Shown: positions 8,766 to 18,540, counted from the first letter of the stretch. The stretch is 64,000 nucleotides of DNA from Candidatus Poseidoniaceae archaeon (GCA_049606035.1 JBMYVD010000003.1:10862-74861), one strand, 5' to 3'. The notes: generated from the letters alone by a model not told the origin. Made by a program: numbers and translations.

Positions 8766-11056
8766 GATTTCGCCTCCTTATTCCAAAGACTGCTCATCGT
8801 TCTAAACGGAGCCTTGAGTATTGATTCCAACTTGGTTTCATGGTGATCGCTTGAGTCGTTAGCATCGTACTGAGTTGGCTCCACTGCGAATGATGGAGTT
8901 GGTGGCGGTGAGGTCACAGCCCATTCTAGGGACCAGCCGCCCCATGGGTCCTTGCCAACCTTTTCGCCCTTCTTCACGGAGCGGACGATGTTCCAAACCA
9001 GTAGCAACTGAGAGATACCGAAGATTATAGCGAATGTTGAGATAGCCATGTTTAATTCAGCAAATCCAGACTCTACTGCATAGGTGTGGGTTCTTCTTGG
9101 CATACCCATAATTCCTACTGCGTGCATTGGCCAGAACGCAGCATTGTACGAACTGAATGCAATTAGGAAGTGCCATAGTCCAAGAGTCTCATTCATCTTT
9201 CTTCCAGTTACCTTAGGGAACCAGTAGTAAATTCCGGAGAATAATGCGAAGATGATACCGCCGATGAACACATAGTGGAAGTGAGCAACGACGAAGTATC
9301 CATCGTGGAATTGTGTGTCAAGTCCAGCCACTGGGAAGAACATTCCAGATAGGCCCCCGAGTGTGAATGTAATCAAGAATCCAAGTGACCAAAGCGTGTG
9401 TGTCTTGAATACTAGACTTCCACCCCAAAGGGTCGCAAGCCAGTTGAAGATTTTCACACCGGTAGGGATAGCAACTGCCATTGTGGTAATCATGAATGCA
9501 GCACGCCATGCTGGGCTCATTCCGCTGGTTAGCATGTGGTGTCCCCATACGACGAATCCAACAACACCGATTCCAACCATTGCATAAACCATTGAGCGGT
9601 ATCCGAAGATGGACCTCCTTGCGCTTGTAGCAAGTACTTCCGAAACAATACCGAATGCAGGTACAACGACAACGTATACTTCAGGATGTCCGAAGAACCA
9701 GAACAAGTGCTGGAACAATAGCGGGTCTCCACCTGCTGTAAAGAAGGTGGTTCCAATCGTTGAGTCAAACAATAGGAAGAAGATACCGATAACGAATGCT
9801 GGTAGGCTCACGTACAGCATGAATACGCTGATTAGAACAGACCAGGTAAACAGAGGCATCTTCATCCATCCAACACCCCTTGCACGCATTGTAAAGGTGG
9901 TTGTTACGAAGTTAACACCAGATAGGGTCGAAGATGCTCCGAGCAGAGCAATACCAGAAATGAATGCGATCGTTCCGGGGTTCGGACCACCAGCGTGGCC
10001 GCTTAGGCTAGAGTAAGGTGGGTACATAACCCAAGTAATGTCAGCCGCTTCACCACTCCATACACCTGTGAAAATTAGAGGTGCTGCAGCCACAATCAGC
10101 CAGAAACCTAGAGCGTTAATTCTTGGGAAAGCAAGATCCTTTGCCCCGATCTGTAGAGGCAGAATGTAGTTCATGAACCCAGCAATCATTGGCATTGCCG
10201 CCAAGAAAATCATGGTTGTACCGTGTAAAGTGAAGAACGAGTTGTATTCTGCTTGTGTTAAGAAATCGTTCTCCGGCAGTGCTAACTGAATACGGAACAG
10301 TAGTGCTAGCAATCCTCCAACAAGGAAGAAGAAGAATCCATACAAGAAGTACAGGATACCGACTTGCTTGTGGTCTGTGGTGGTCAACCATGGCTTGAGG
10401 TAAGCCCAGAAGTTTCCGATTGAGAAGTTGTCAGGGTTGCGTGTGTAGAACACCCACATGCTTCCGATTAAGATTAGGCCCAGTGCCAGTCCGATGACAG
10501 TCATTAGGATTGTAAGAGCTTCAGCGCTTGGTGCGCTCGGGTTTGCGTTAATTCCAGCAACTTCAACATCTAGTTGGTTCCACTCATCACCGGATGGTGC
10601 ACCGTTACCGTTTACTGCGTTTCCAAAGATTAGGAAACTAGCAATTGCGGTGTCATCAGCAGGAGCGGTCCACTTGAATTCCCAAGTTCTTCGGTCGTTG
10701 ATGTCCATGGAGTGGGTTAGACCACCGTCCATCTCTTGAGCGACGTTTCCATCGATATCAGGTACTGACTCTAGTACGCCACCGCCCTTTAGGATGATAC
10801 TGAAACCACCATTCTGGTCAGGGTTGTCAATTGGTACATTGTCATTTGAAATTGCAAGGGTAAAGAAGTACTCTTCTGATGCATTGAAAACATCTGGTAG
10901 CCCGTCTACTGTGATTACAGTATCAGAACTCATTCCACCGTGACAACCACAGCCACCTTCGGTTACGATTCCAGTCTGCCTTGCTTCGAACGATGTTGTG
11001 GAAGCTAGTGCTACCAGTAGAATCGCAAGGACTGCAATGCTTCTACCCTTCATCAT
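8762..11056 (-). CDS. coxA: Cytochrome c oxidase subunit I (A1-type heme-copper oxidase) fused to an N-terminal extracytoplasmic domain
   Basis: Core motifs are TTDHKQVGILY, AFPRINALGFW, FWFFGHPEVY, VWGHHM and VAHFHYV. They are preceded by a signal peptide, a soluble domain of about 170 aa and one extra TM helix. The gene overlaps both coxB and coxC by 4 nt. Confidence 0.92.
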   Translation of the reverse strand: MMKGRSIAVLAILLVALASTTSFEARQTGIVTEGGCGCHGGMSSDTVITVDGLPDVFNASEEYFFTLAISNDNVPIDNPDQNGGFSIILKGGGVLESVPDIDGNVAQEMDGGLTHSMDINDRRTWEFKWTAPADDTAIASFLIFGNAVNGNGAPSGDEWNQLDVEVAGINANPSAPSAEALTILMTVIGLALGLILIGSMWVFYTRNPDNFSIGNFWAYLKPWLTTTDHKQVGILYFLYGFFFFLVGGLLALLFRIQLALPENDFLTQAEYNSFFTLHGTTMIFLAAMPMIAGFMNYILPLQIGAKDLAFPRINALGFWLIVAAAPLIFTGVWSGEAADITWVMYPPYSSLSGHAGGPNPGTIAFISGIALLGASSTLSGVNFVTTTFTMRARGVGWMKMPLFTWSVLISVFMLYVSLPAFVIGIFFLLFDSTIGTTFFTAGGDPLLFQHLFWFFGHPEVYVVVVPAFGIVSEVLATSARRSIFGYRSMVYAMVGIGVVGFVVWGHHMLTSGMSPAWRAAFMITTMAVAIPTGVKIFNWLATLWGGSLVFKTHTLWSLGFLITFTLGGLSGMFFPVAGLDTQFHDGYFVVAHFHYVFIGGIIFALFSGIYYWFPKVTGRKMNETLGLWHFLIAFSSYNAAFWPMHAVGIMGMPRRTHTYAVESGFAELNMAISTFAIIFGISQLLLVWNIVRSVKKGEKVGKDPWGGWSLEWAVTSPPPTPSFAVEPTQYDANDSSDHHETKLESILKAPFRTMSSLWNKEAKS

Positions 11057-12075
11057 CTCAACTCCTCATGTTCGAAGTAGACACCAAAGTCTGCATCGCA
11101 GGTCATGCCCTCTCTTGCAACGACCTCAACTTGGCCGTACATTAGTGAGTGCTCTTTTCCGCAGTACTCAGCACATCGGATTGGGAAAACTCCTGCCTCG
11201 TTTGGCTGTACGTACATCCAAGTTCCTGAATCCAATCCAGGAACCGCATCTTCTTTCATTCCCCATTCTTGGAGCCAGAATGCGTGTTGTACACCTTGGT
11301 AGGTGCTAGAACGGTCAAATGAATCGTCTTCTCTATCCAAGTTCATACTGAAGATATTGAAGAGAACATTTTCATCACATGGAATGATTAGGTTGCCACT
11401 CATCTTGTAAATGTACAATTCTTCACCACTGGAGTCAACTTGCCTTTCTGGGATATGCTGCCATCTGTGTATGATATTTCCTTCAGCATCTTGAATGTCT
11501 ACGCTCTGAGGGATGGTTTCATCAAAACCTCTGTCCATCGTGGTCACGTTGGCCAAATCGAGTGTCTCGGACAATCCTAGAGATAATCTGCCCCACTTCA
11601 CTACAGCAGAGGCCGCATCTTCTCCAGCGTCTATTGTAAGTCCACTAGCATTCCAAGTAACGTCATGACCAGTGTCCATGTCTTCCCATGTTAGTTCGTC
11701 ATGGTAGTAGAAGTCCCAATACCATTGTAGCCCATTGACTTCAACAGTGAATGTGTCTTCTTCTTGCAAATTCTGAACTTCACCCCAAACAATGTTCATT
11801 GAACCGAATGCGAGAATTGTAACCCACACGACAAGAATTGTTGGCCCCAAGAACCAAGCGAATTCTAGATCGAAGTGATGCCTCTCCTTCGGGAACGTAC
11901 CAACTTTGAGTTCTTCCTTGCCGGCAGGCTCAATTCCGTCTCTGTAGCGCAGTACAGCGATTAACAGCCAGCTGAATGTGAAAATTCCGACCACGATTGA
12001 CCAGAAAAGAAACTTATCGTAGAGAATATTGAACACTGTATATTCGTCAGGCCATAACTCACGAGATGCGCTCAT
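11053..12075 (-). CDS. coxB: Cytochrome c oxidase subunit II (CuA subunit) with an inserted segment
   Basis: Two N-terminal TM helices, then GLQWYWDFYY. The CuA ligand pattern is VQHAF ... CAEYCGKEHSLM. No C-terminal cytochrome c domain (no CXXCH). Confidence 0.88.
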   Translation of the reverse strand: MSASRELWPDEYTVFNILYDKFLFWSIVVGIFTFSWLLIAVLRYRDGIEPAGKEELKVGTFPKERHHFDLEFAWFLGPTILVVWVTILAFGSMNIVWGEVQNLQEEDTFTVEVNGLQWYWDFYYHDELTWEDMDTGHDVTWNASGLTIDAGEDAASAVVKWGRLSLGLSETLDLANVTTMDRGFDETIPQSVDIQDAEGNIIHRWQHIPERQVDSSGEELYIYKMSGNLIIPCDENVLFNIFSMNLDREDDSFDRSSTYQGVQHAFWLQEWGMKEDAVPGLDSGTWMYVQPNEAGVFPIRCAEYCGKEHSLMYGQVEVVAREGMTCDADFGVYFEHEELR

Positions 12076-12170
12076 GATGGGACCGGTCAGATGGCCGTAT
12101 TAATTGATTGCGTATATACGACATTTTATCAATGAAGATTACTTAATAAACAGTTCTCAGGGGTTATATT
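12076..12170. promoter_or_regulatory. Divergent promoter region (coxB operon / DUF167 gene)
   Basis: AT-rich spacer of 95 nt between divergent starts. It contains the perfect palindrome cgtatatacg (12111-12120) and TATA-like ttaataaa (12143-12150). Assignment as archaeal TATA elements is inferred from position only. Confidence 0.3.
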
Positions 12171-12479
12171 ATGGGGGTCGAATCTTGCATTCAGAAGACC
12201 CTAGATGGGACTATCATTTTGGACATTGAAGTCCAACCAGGATCTTCACGTCAAGGTATCGTTGGATTCAATGAATGGAGAGGTAAATTACAGGTTGCTG
12301 TAAAGGCTGAAGCGCAACAAGGGAAGGCGAATCATGCAGTCTGTAACGTACTTGGAAAGATTTTTTCATCTCCAGTATCCATTGTATCAGGACAAACTAG
12401 CCGCAGCAAAAAAGTGAGTATCACAGGATTGAATTCGGAAGAAATAATTTCCATTTTGGAGGGATTTCTTGAATCGTGA
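12171..12479 (+). CDS. DUF167/YggU-family protein
   Basis: V.V.PGSSR..I.G, then L.V.V.A....GKAN and the end of the ORF (VSGQTSRSKKVSI) match the UPF0235 pattern. Size is 102 aa. Confidence 0.6.
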   Translation: MGVESCIQKTLDGTIILDIEVQPGSSRQGIVGFNEWRGKLQVAVKAEAQQGKANHAVCNVLGKIFSSPVSIVSGQTSRSKKVSITGLNSEEIISILEGFLES

Positions 12480-12858
12480 ACAACGATATTCACTGGCAAA
12501 TAGAGCCCTTGAAGAAGGCATTGAAGAAAATGCTGAGGGCAAAGTCATTCTTGTTGAAGGCAAACGCGATGAGGTTGCATTACGGAAGTTAGGTTTCACA
12601 GGGCCAATCGAGAGGTTGAATCGTGGTTGGAGCGTGGACAGAGTTGTAGTTTACATCGTTGAAGAATACGGCTCTTGCATAGTGCTGATGGATTGGGATA
12701 GGACTGGTGGCAGGCTGCAAAAGAGATTGATGGATTCAATGACTAGTCTAGACATAAAGCCGTGCGATGATTTACGAAGAGCTCTATCTAAGGCAATGAA
12801 ACCAGATACGATGTGTGTTGAAGATTTACCATCATTCCTCGGGGAGGACAACACCTGA
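12469..12858 (+). CDS. Small Toprim-domain protein (COG1658-like)
   Basis: ILVEGKRDEVALRKLGF matches the Toprim E motif, and a downstream LMDWDRTGG matches the DxD-like motif. The only in-frame start near the N-terminus is TTG at 12469, overlapping the DUF167 stop. Confidence 0.55.
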   Translation: MNREQRYSLANRALEEGIEENAEGKVILVEGKRDEVALRKLGFTGPIERLNRGWSVDRVVVYIVEEYGSCIVLMDWDRTGGRLQKRLMDSMTSLDIKPCDDLRRALSKAMKPDTMCVEDLPSFLGEDNT

Positions 12859-13314
12859 TTCCTTTACAGTATTCAGTACGACGTGAGTGTAAGAGCGAGA
12901 GATTCCTTTGAGGGTGAATACAGTTTTTGTCAAATCATCAAGGTCTTCTCGATTCTTAACTCTTGCAAGAACCATCGAATCCCAGTCTCCCGTAACGTCG
13001 TATACAGCGAAAACTCTTTTGTCAGCAGAAATGTGTTTCTGCACGTCCATGATTTTGCCTTTTTCGATACACAATCCGGCCATTACAGTCATTCCCCAAC
13101 CTACAGAATCGGCGTTCAAAGTTGGACCATAACCAAGGATAACTCCGTCACCTTCCAATTTACGAAGTCGATTCGTAATAGTGCCCTGGGCAACTCCTAA
13201 CTTCTGTGCCAACTGCCTATGAGAAAGCCTTCCGTCCTCACATAGAGCGTCAATGATTGCCCTGTCTACAGAATCCAAAGCCATGAATTCAAGCGACAGG
13301 CTTCTGCTATTCAA
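12832..13314 (-). CDS. Lrp/AsnC-family transcriptional regulator
   Basis: The HTH region is DRAIIDALCEDGRLSHRQLAQKLGVAQGTITNRLRKLEGDGVI, followed by an RAM-type C-terminal domain. The start overlaps the upstream gene in an ATGA junction. The 3' end overlaps the convergent Toprim gene by 27 nt. Confidence 0.85.
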   Translation of the reverse strand: MNSRSLSLEFMALDSVDRAIIDALCEDGRLSHRQLAQKLGVAQGTITNRLRKLEGDGVILGYGPTLNADSVGWGMTVMAGLCIEKGKIMDVQKHISADKRVFAVYDVTGDWDSMVLARVKNREDLDDLTKTVFTLKGISRSYTHVVLNTVKESGVVLPEE

Positions 13315-14447
13315 TCATTCGACCGAGGATTTGGGAGATTCAAATCTAAAATCCAATCTCCTAATTCGTCAACCTTCACGGCCAATTTTAGTGATAGGCT
13401 CCCATTCCCGGTTACGCGTAAAGTCCCAGTGTGTGTGGTGTAAGCAGCAATAGTTTGCTTCTTTATCCGCCCGTTTGCTCTCCATCCAGCGCCCATTGTT
13501 AAATCACCAATTTCGACTTGGAATCCTGCAATAATTCGATACTCGATGACGTTTTCTTCTTTTGACCATGAACCTTCTAGCCGCGGCAAACCAATCTCTC
13601 TCTTTCGCTCAGCCATCACAATGAAGCCGACCAAAACAACCAGAACAAGCAAAAGAATGGCGGGAGTCAGTATCGCTCCTTGGTCTACAGATTGCCAATA
13701 GGTTGGCATTTGCTCTCTCTGAATAGAGAGGACTCTGTTCGTTTTCTCGTCCTCAAAACCACCGATTAGAATGAGCATTACCTCATACTTATCTGCAAAA
13801 CTAGCATCGTCTAATTCTATACCTGCGCCAACTAGATGATCTCGAGAAATTGTTTCATTCCAGTAATTTGTACCGTTCGCAGCAAAGTTCAGTGAGGACG
13901 AAGGAGACCAATCTCTGACAAGGTTGGGAACCTCCCTTCCCATATCATCGATAGCGTTTGTTTCGATGATGAAAATATGCATCTGTGTTGCACCGTTCAA
14001 TTCCTTTGGATTGGTCCAAGTTGCGGTAATATTCAGTAATTCAACTTCGGATGAGCCAATTAGTTGGATAGTCCAATCTATGGAGACCTCGTTCTGTCTA
14101 ATCTCTGGTTCGATATCAGAGATGTTTTCTGGATAACCATCAATTGCAACTGCAGGAGTTGTCAAAAAACTGTGATACATATGTCTAGCATCTGCATCAT
14201 CACTGGGCAGGTTTCCTCCTTCGTTATCAGCTCCTGTCCTCCAGTGTAGTAGGGTGATTCCACCATTCCTGTCCAATTCTCTCAAGTCTTCCACTTGGCT
14301 TTCATCACCTGCTCCGTGGAACCATTCGACCAGAATTGGTGCCTCGTCTTGAGAAGAAAATTCAGCCTCGGAGTAGATTGACAAATCAGAGATAGCACTT
14401 GCTAATGGCAGCATTAGTAACACTACAACGAAAGCAAATACTCTCAT
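13311..14447 (-). CDS. Single-pass membrane protein, function unknown
   Basis: Signal peptide (VVVLLMLPLASA), an extracytoplasmic domain of about 250 aa with N-x-S/T sequons, a TM helix (AILLLVLVVLVGFIVMA) and a cytoplasmic domain of about 100 aa. It is translationally coupled to both neighbours. Confidence 0.6.
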   Translation of the reverse strand: MRVFAFVVVLLMLPLASAISDLSIYSEAEFSSQDEAPILVEWFHGAGDESQVEDLRELDRNGGITLLHWRTGADNEGGNLPSDDADARHMYHSFLTTPAVAIDGYPENISDIEPEIRQNEVSIDWTIQLIGSSEVELLNITATWTNPKELNGATQMHIFIIETNAIDDMGREVPNLVRDWSPSSSLNFAANGTNYWNETISRDHLVGAGIELDDASFADKYEVMLILIGGFEDEKTNRVLSIQREQMPTYWQSVDQGAILTPAILLLVLVVLVGFIVMAERKREIGLPRLEGSWSKEENVIEYRIIAGFQVEIGDLTMGAGWRANGRIKKQTIAAYTTHTGTLRVTGNGSLSLKLAVKVDELGDWILDLNLPNPRSND

Positions 14448-16138
14448 TCCTCTTCCTCCTGTGATTCGATTCCTAGTTTCATACGGATGATTTCTTTTTC
14501 CTTATCGTCCAACATCAATGAAACACGAGCAGCAACCCAAGCAGGGAGTAAGAACTCCCCACATTTCAAAATAAATGAACCGCGCCCTATTTCTGTAACA
14601 AATTCTTCTCTTAAAGGTGCATTTCCTTGGATTAATGAAATCATAGTCTCTTCGTCTATTTCAACAACTCCTGCCGAAATTCTGTCTCTCAATAGCCCAA
14701 GTGCTTCCTGACGTGGCCTCCAAATTCCTTTGTTATCAGTAAAGGTAGGCTGGCCAACATGAATAATCTTCAGTGGATGGAAATCTTCTCCCGGCCAGTA
14801 GTCTCCTTTCTTGTTAACAACAACCGGTTTGTACAATCTGTCATATGCCATCTTGGAAGATAGATTTACTCTCTTTCCTCTTTGCCACCAAGCAAAGTCA
14901 TCCTTGTCGATTCCCCATTTATTGCAGATATCCTCTACAACATCTTCCGAAGCAGGAATTGTGGAGTGCTTGCTGCGTTTTCTTCGTGGTAGTTCTTCAG
15001 GTTCTCTGTTGAGTTCCCTGTGTAGAATCATCGACCTTGCAATGCCTTCGGGTGTTCTTTCTGCAACATGCTCAAACAAGGCCACGAAAAAGCCTCCAGT
15101 ATCGTTTTCATGCTGATGAACTCTAATCGTCTGTGAAAGGTCTGGAGATTCAATTCCTCTCTGATGGGGATTGAGCATCTCTTCACTAAGGCCGACAAGT
15201 CTTGGCATTTCACCTTCCCAGTCAACGACTTCTGCGCTTTCATCCAATATCGGCCAATCATCTCTCCCTCGATGACAGATTAGAGTCGGGAATAATCTGT
15301 CAGCATCGATATTGGTCAGTTCAAGCCACGGGCATCTGTGTAATATCTCACAAACAACCGCTTCATTTTCAACAGGGTCGAGTGAACACGTTGAGTAGAC
15401 CATTTTTCCACCAGGTCGTAGTAATTGTGCCGCTCTGGTCGCTATATCGGATTGCAACTTGAACAAACTGCGACCGACTTTAGGCGTCCAGGATTTCCAC
15501 AGTTCACGGTTTTTCCTCGTTGTTGCAGTTCCGCTACATGGAGCGTCTACAACCACTCCATCAACACCCGGCTCAGGCATTCTTCCAATGTGCCTGCCAT
15601 CATGCTGCATGATTAGCATATTTTCTATCCCAAGCCTTCCACGATTTGTAGTTAACAAATTCAATCTTCCAGATGAGGGCTCATTTGCTAACACTAAACC
15701 ATTTGGCACAGCTTCTGCAAGTTGTGTTGCTTTAGAACCAGGAGCGGCACAAGTGTCCATGACCAAATCGTTCTTTTTCGGTTGAAGAACAACCGGAGGT
15801 AGCATAGAGACCGCCTCCTGTCTTGTGATTCTGCCCGTTTCATGTAATAGTGTGATGATTTTCTTTGCCTCTTCACTCGGGTAATCTCCTTTTGAAAATG
15901 GCATTACCCAAGATTCACTCATTACCATCCAGGGGATTTTTTCCCCACCTATGGATTCAAGCATATTTCGAGTCCATTCGATGTCGTGGCGGTTTGGAGT
16001 TACACGAAGGGTAATTGGAAGCGGAGAAGAAGCCACAGGCAACCATTTTTCGACATCGATGCCGAGACTTCTTGACAAGCCCGAGAGAGGAGTGCTGGCT
16101 AACTCATCGAGTAAACCCGCATCTGCTGGCCGCACCAT
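14444..16138 (-). CDS. NOL1/NOP2/Sun-family RNA (cytosine-C5)-methyltransferase
   Basis: SAM motif DTCAAPGSKATQLAE, catalytic Cys motifs VVVDAPCSGTATTRKN and YSTCSLDPVENEAV, and a long C-terminal extension. Confidence 0.85.
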   Translation of the reverse strand: MVRPADAGLLDELASTPLSGLSRSLGIDVEKWLPVASSPLPITLRVTPNRHDIEWTRNMLESIGGEKIPWMVMSESWVMPFSKGDYPSEEAKKIITLLHETGRITRQEAVSMLPPVVLQPKKNDLVMDTCAAPGSKATQLAEAVPNGLVLANEPSSGRLNLLTTNRGRLGIENMLIMQHDGRHIGRMPEPGVDGVVVDAPCSGTATTRKNRELWKSWTPKVGRSLFKLQSDIATRAAQLLRPGGKMVYSTCSLDPVENEAVVCEILHRCPWLELTNIDADRLFPTLICHRGRDDWPILDESAEVVDWEGEMPRLVGLSEEMLNPHQRGIESPDLSQTIRVHQHENDTGGFFVALFEHVAERTPEGIARSMILHRELNREPEELPRRKRSKHSTIPASEDVVEDICNKWGIDKDDFAWWQRGKRVNLSSKMAYDRLYKPVVVNKKGDYWPGEDFHPLKIIHVGQPTFTDNKGIWRPRQEALGLLRDRISAGVVEIDEETMISLIQGNAPLREEFVTEIGRGSFILKCGEFLLPAWVAARVSLMLDDKEKEIIRMKLGIESQEEEE

Positions 16139-16208
16139 GTTACCGGGCAGGGTCTCCTACTCTTCTTGCTTGTGCAAGGCTAATGGCTCAGTTGTATGTG
16201 GGCGTGTC

Positions 16209-17150
16209 ATGGCTGAAACGATGGCGACCCTTGCGTTCCTATCTGCACTGGCCATGTTTTTGTCACCTCTCGTGGAGAAAGGGAAGTGGCTTGCAACAAT
16301 AACTGCAGCACTTGCCTTCCTAGCTTTTGTACAATCTCCATTCGAGGGGATTCATCAATCAGGAGGTTCTGCTCTAATCATTGTAACATCAATGTGTGGA
16401 ATGATCCAGTATCACATTCACAACGGTGTGAATAAGAAATATCTCAATGGATTTGGTGGCGCTGTAACATTTGTCTTGCTTCTAGCAATGTATCCTGAAA
16501 GTGGAATAAGGGAAACAGTGAATGAGTACACAACCACGGAGGGAGTGATAGCAATCTTCGAATCAATTTTGGCAGGCATAGTTCTTGCCCAATTGATGTA
16601 TAACTCGATTAATTTCGACAATAAAAACAGCATTGGAATTTTGTTAATTCTCGTTTCACTGGGTCTACTCTCGAATTTAGTTTCATATTCAGAATTATTT
16701 GTGGTCACCATATCATTGTGTTTTGTTGGATTCTTACCATACTTGGAAGAGAGAATAACACCCAAGATTGGCTCAGGAAAAGGTCGTGCCAATGCTCTAG
16801 CAATTTCAACTCTGATCGGTATAATTTTGATATTCGCAATCACCTATGCATCTCTCTCTAGTGTGAACAGAATCGGTGATGGAAGTGGAGCAATAGCGGT
16901 GGCTCTTTGGCTGACTGTTGCAGTTACTGCAATTGGTTTAATTGGAATGCTATTGCCTTTGTTTGGGTTTGATGAGCATCCACGCCCGGAGGCTTGGGGA
17001 TGGAGATTTGGTCTCTCGGTAAGTGCGATTTTGATATCCCTTCAAACAGACTTATCCGGACATTTATTGCTTGGAATTGCACTTGCAATTTTAATTTCGG
17101 TTAGTTCACCCTTGGTCTTGGAGAAAGGTCAGCAAAAAGCGGCACAATAA
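16209..17150 (+). CDS. Polytopic membrane protein, function unknown
   Basis: About 9-10 hydrophobic helices after MAETMATLAFLSALAMFL. The tracked ORF starts at 15951 but would then run antisense through the methyltransferase start, so the ATG at 16209 is preferred. Confidence 0.55.
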   Translation: MAETMATLAFLSALAMFLSPLVEKGKWLATITAALAFLAFVQSPFEGIHQSGGSALIIVTSMCGMIQYHIHNGVNKKYLNGFGGAVTFVLLLAMYPESGIRETVNEYTTTEGVIAIFESILAGIVLAQLMYNSINFDNKNSIGILLILVSLGLLSNLVSYSELFVVTISLCFVGFLPYLEERITPKIGSGKGRANALAISTLIGIILIFAITYASLSSVNRIGDGSGAIAVALWLTVAVTAIGLIGMLLPLFGFDEHPRPEAWGWRFGLSVSAILISLQTDLSGHLLLGIALAILISVSSPLVLEKGQQKAAQ

Positions 17151-17220
17151 GTGGGAAGTCCCCCCAACTGTTATGAATGGATAAAATTCCATTGCATTTT
17201 GGAGAAGTAATTCTCCAGGG

Positions 17221-17592
17221 ATGGGGATCCAGATGGGTAGAGCATTTAGAGACGGCGTAAGCCAAGAAAAGAAAGTAAGAATGAGAGTCAAAAGGCGCTC
17301 ATGGAAACCGCTGGCAGATTTACAAGGACTCAGCGGTAGAACAAAAACAACCGGTAGCGAGATGGGACCGCTTGTGGACGTTCCAGCCATGGTTAGAATT
17401 GAAAATGAAAAGTGGGTTTTCGAAAGAGTAAGTCAAGAAACGTTGACTCACCTAACTCACAGATTGGTTGTACACGAAGTCGGAGGGCCGAGAACTCTTG
17501 GAGCAACAATTGACTTGGAAACAGCAATGCAAGTCGCTCAAGGAATGGCTAGAACAGATGGTTCTGTAGTTCTGATTGAACCTTTGAGGTAA
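17221..17592 (+). CDS. Hypothetical protein
   Basis: ORF of 123 aa with no recognisable motif. Its stop abuts the stop of the convergent Sec61-beta gene exactly, consistent with the tight packing seen elsewhere. Confidence 0.4.
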   Translation: MGIQMGRAFRDGVSQEKKVRMRVKRRSWKPLADLQGLSGRTKTTGSEMGPLVDVPAMVRIENEKWVFERVSQETLTHLTHRLVVHEVGGPRTLGATIDLETAMQVAQGMARTDGSVVLIEPLR

Positions 17593-17775
17593 TCAGAACA
17601 TATCCATGATCCATCCTACAACGCCCTCGTTCACGAGGTAGATGAATCCAGCAAGTCCGATACATGCAAGGTATACTTGTCTAGGACTAATTTTCCAAGA
17701 CTCTTCGGATTCCTCATCGAAGTATCGAATCAGACCTGCAGCCTGCTGAATGCCGCCGCCGTCTTTCTTTGCCAT
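17593..17775 (-). CDS. secG: Preprotein translocase subunit Sec61-beta (archaeal SecG)
   Basis: Size is 60 aa. It has AGLIRYFDEE, then ISPRQV and a single C-terminal TM helix, which is the archaeal Sec61-beta layout. Confidence 0.6.
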   Translation of the reverse strand: MAKKDGGGIQQAAGLIRYFDEESEESWKISPRQVYLACIGLAGFIYLVNEGVVGWIMDMF

Positions 17776-17817
17776 GTCACCGCCGACATTAATCCCCTTT
17801 ATGAACGCGACGCGCGG

Positions 17818-18540
17818 TCATTCTTCCTCACTTGATGATAAGTCGATGAACGGTACATCACCTTCTAGTCGCAATACCTCTCCATCAGGAATAACGTCTT
17901 CAACTTCGATTTCAATTGAGTCCGCCTCTATTCTAGATAAAGCCCTCAATACAGCAGGAGCATTATCGTCAGCTAAGGCATTCCTAGCGATTTCAATATC
18001 TTCGCAATCACCTTTCTCAAGAAGCGTTGTTTCAATCAATTCACTCAAATCTTCTCTTGCGCGTTCGATGTGTGCAGTCCAAGTTTGGTGATTTTCTTCG
18101 ATGTTTGAAACCTTTGAATTGAATTTACCTCTCCTAGAGAATTCCCAAGGCTTGTGAGATAATGCTGAGACTAAATCGAAGACGATACGCGCTCTTTCTT
18201 CCAATGGCCCTTCAAGGGTAATTGTGTTAGCATAACATTTGGTGAACAGACCAAAACCCCAGTATGAATAGCTTGAAACTCGAATAGATATGTCTCCCGC
18301 TCTGCATGTGAAAGACCATGACTGTTCATCGAAACCGGGCTTTTCTTCCATAACCGGAGTGCTAACGCCCTGTACAACCTTGAGTAAGGTTTGGGCAACA
18401 TCCCCGAGGTATACTGTGGAGATGTTTGCAGGGTGAGCTTTTGGTCTCAGGTACCCTTCGCCATCATAGCCATGTGTAGGCCCAGCGTCCCTAACTTGAG
18501 CATGAAGTGTTGAAGATAGTGCCTCCAACATCTCTTGCAT
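17818..18540 (-). CDS. Hypothetical acidic protein
   Basis: ORF of 240 aa with no recognised motif and an acidic C-terminus. Confidence 0.5.
   Translation of the reverse strand: MQEMLEALSSTLHAQVRDAGPTHGYDGEGYLRPKAHPANISTVYLGDVAQTLLKVVQGVSTPVMEEKPGFDEQSWSFTCRAGDISIRVSSYSYWGFGLFTKCYANTITLEGPLEERARIVFDLVSALSHKPWEFSRRGKFNSKVSNIEENHQTWTAHIERAREDLSELIETTLLEKGDCEDIEIARNALADDNAPAVLRALSRIEADSIEIEVEDVIPDGEVLRLEGDVPFIDLSSSEEE

Noticed and set aside
10940-10951. GGCGCHGG in the CoxI N-terminal domain as a heme c attachment site
   Set aside because: The motif is C-x-C-H, not the canonical C-x-x-C-H or its known variants with longer spacers. Covalent heme c binding cannot be claimed from this.
15951-16208. 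Upstream extension of the polytopic membrane protein ORF
   Set aside because: The extension runs antisense through the 5' end of the NSUN methyltransferase gene and encodes non-hydrophobic, Ser/Arg/Gly-rich sequence. The hydrophobic protein begins cleanly at the ATG at 16209.
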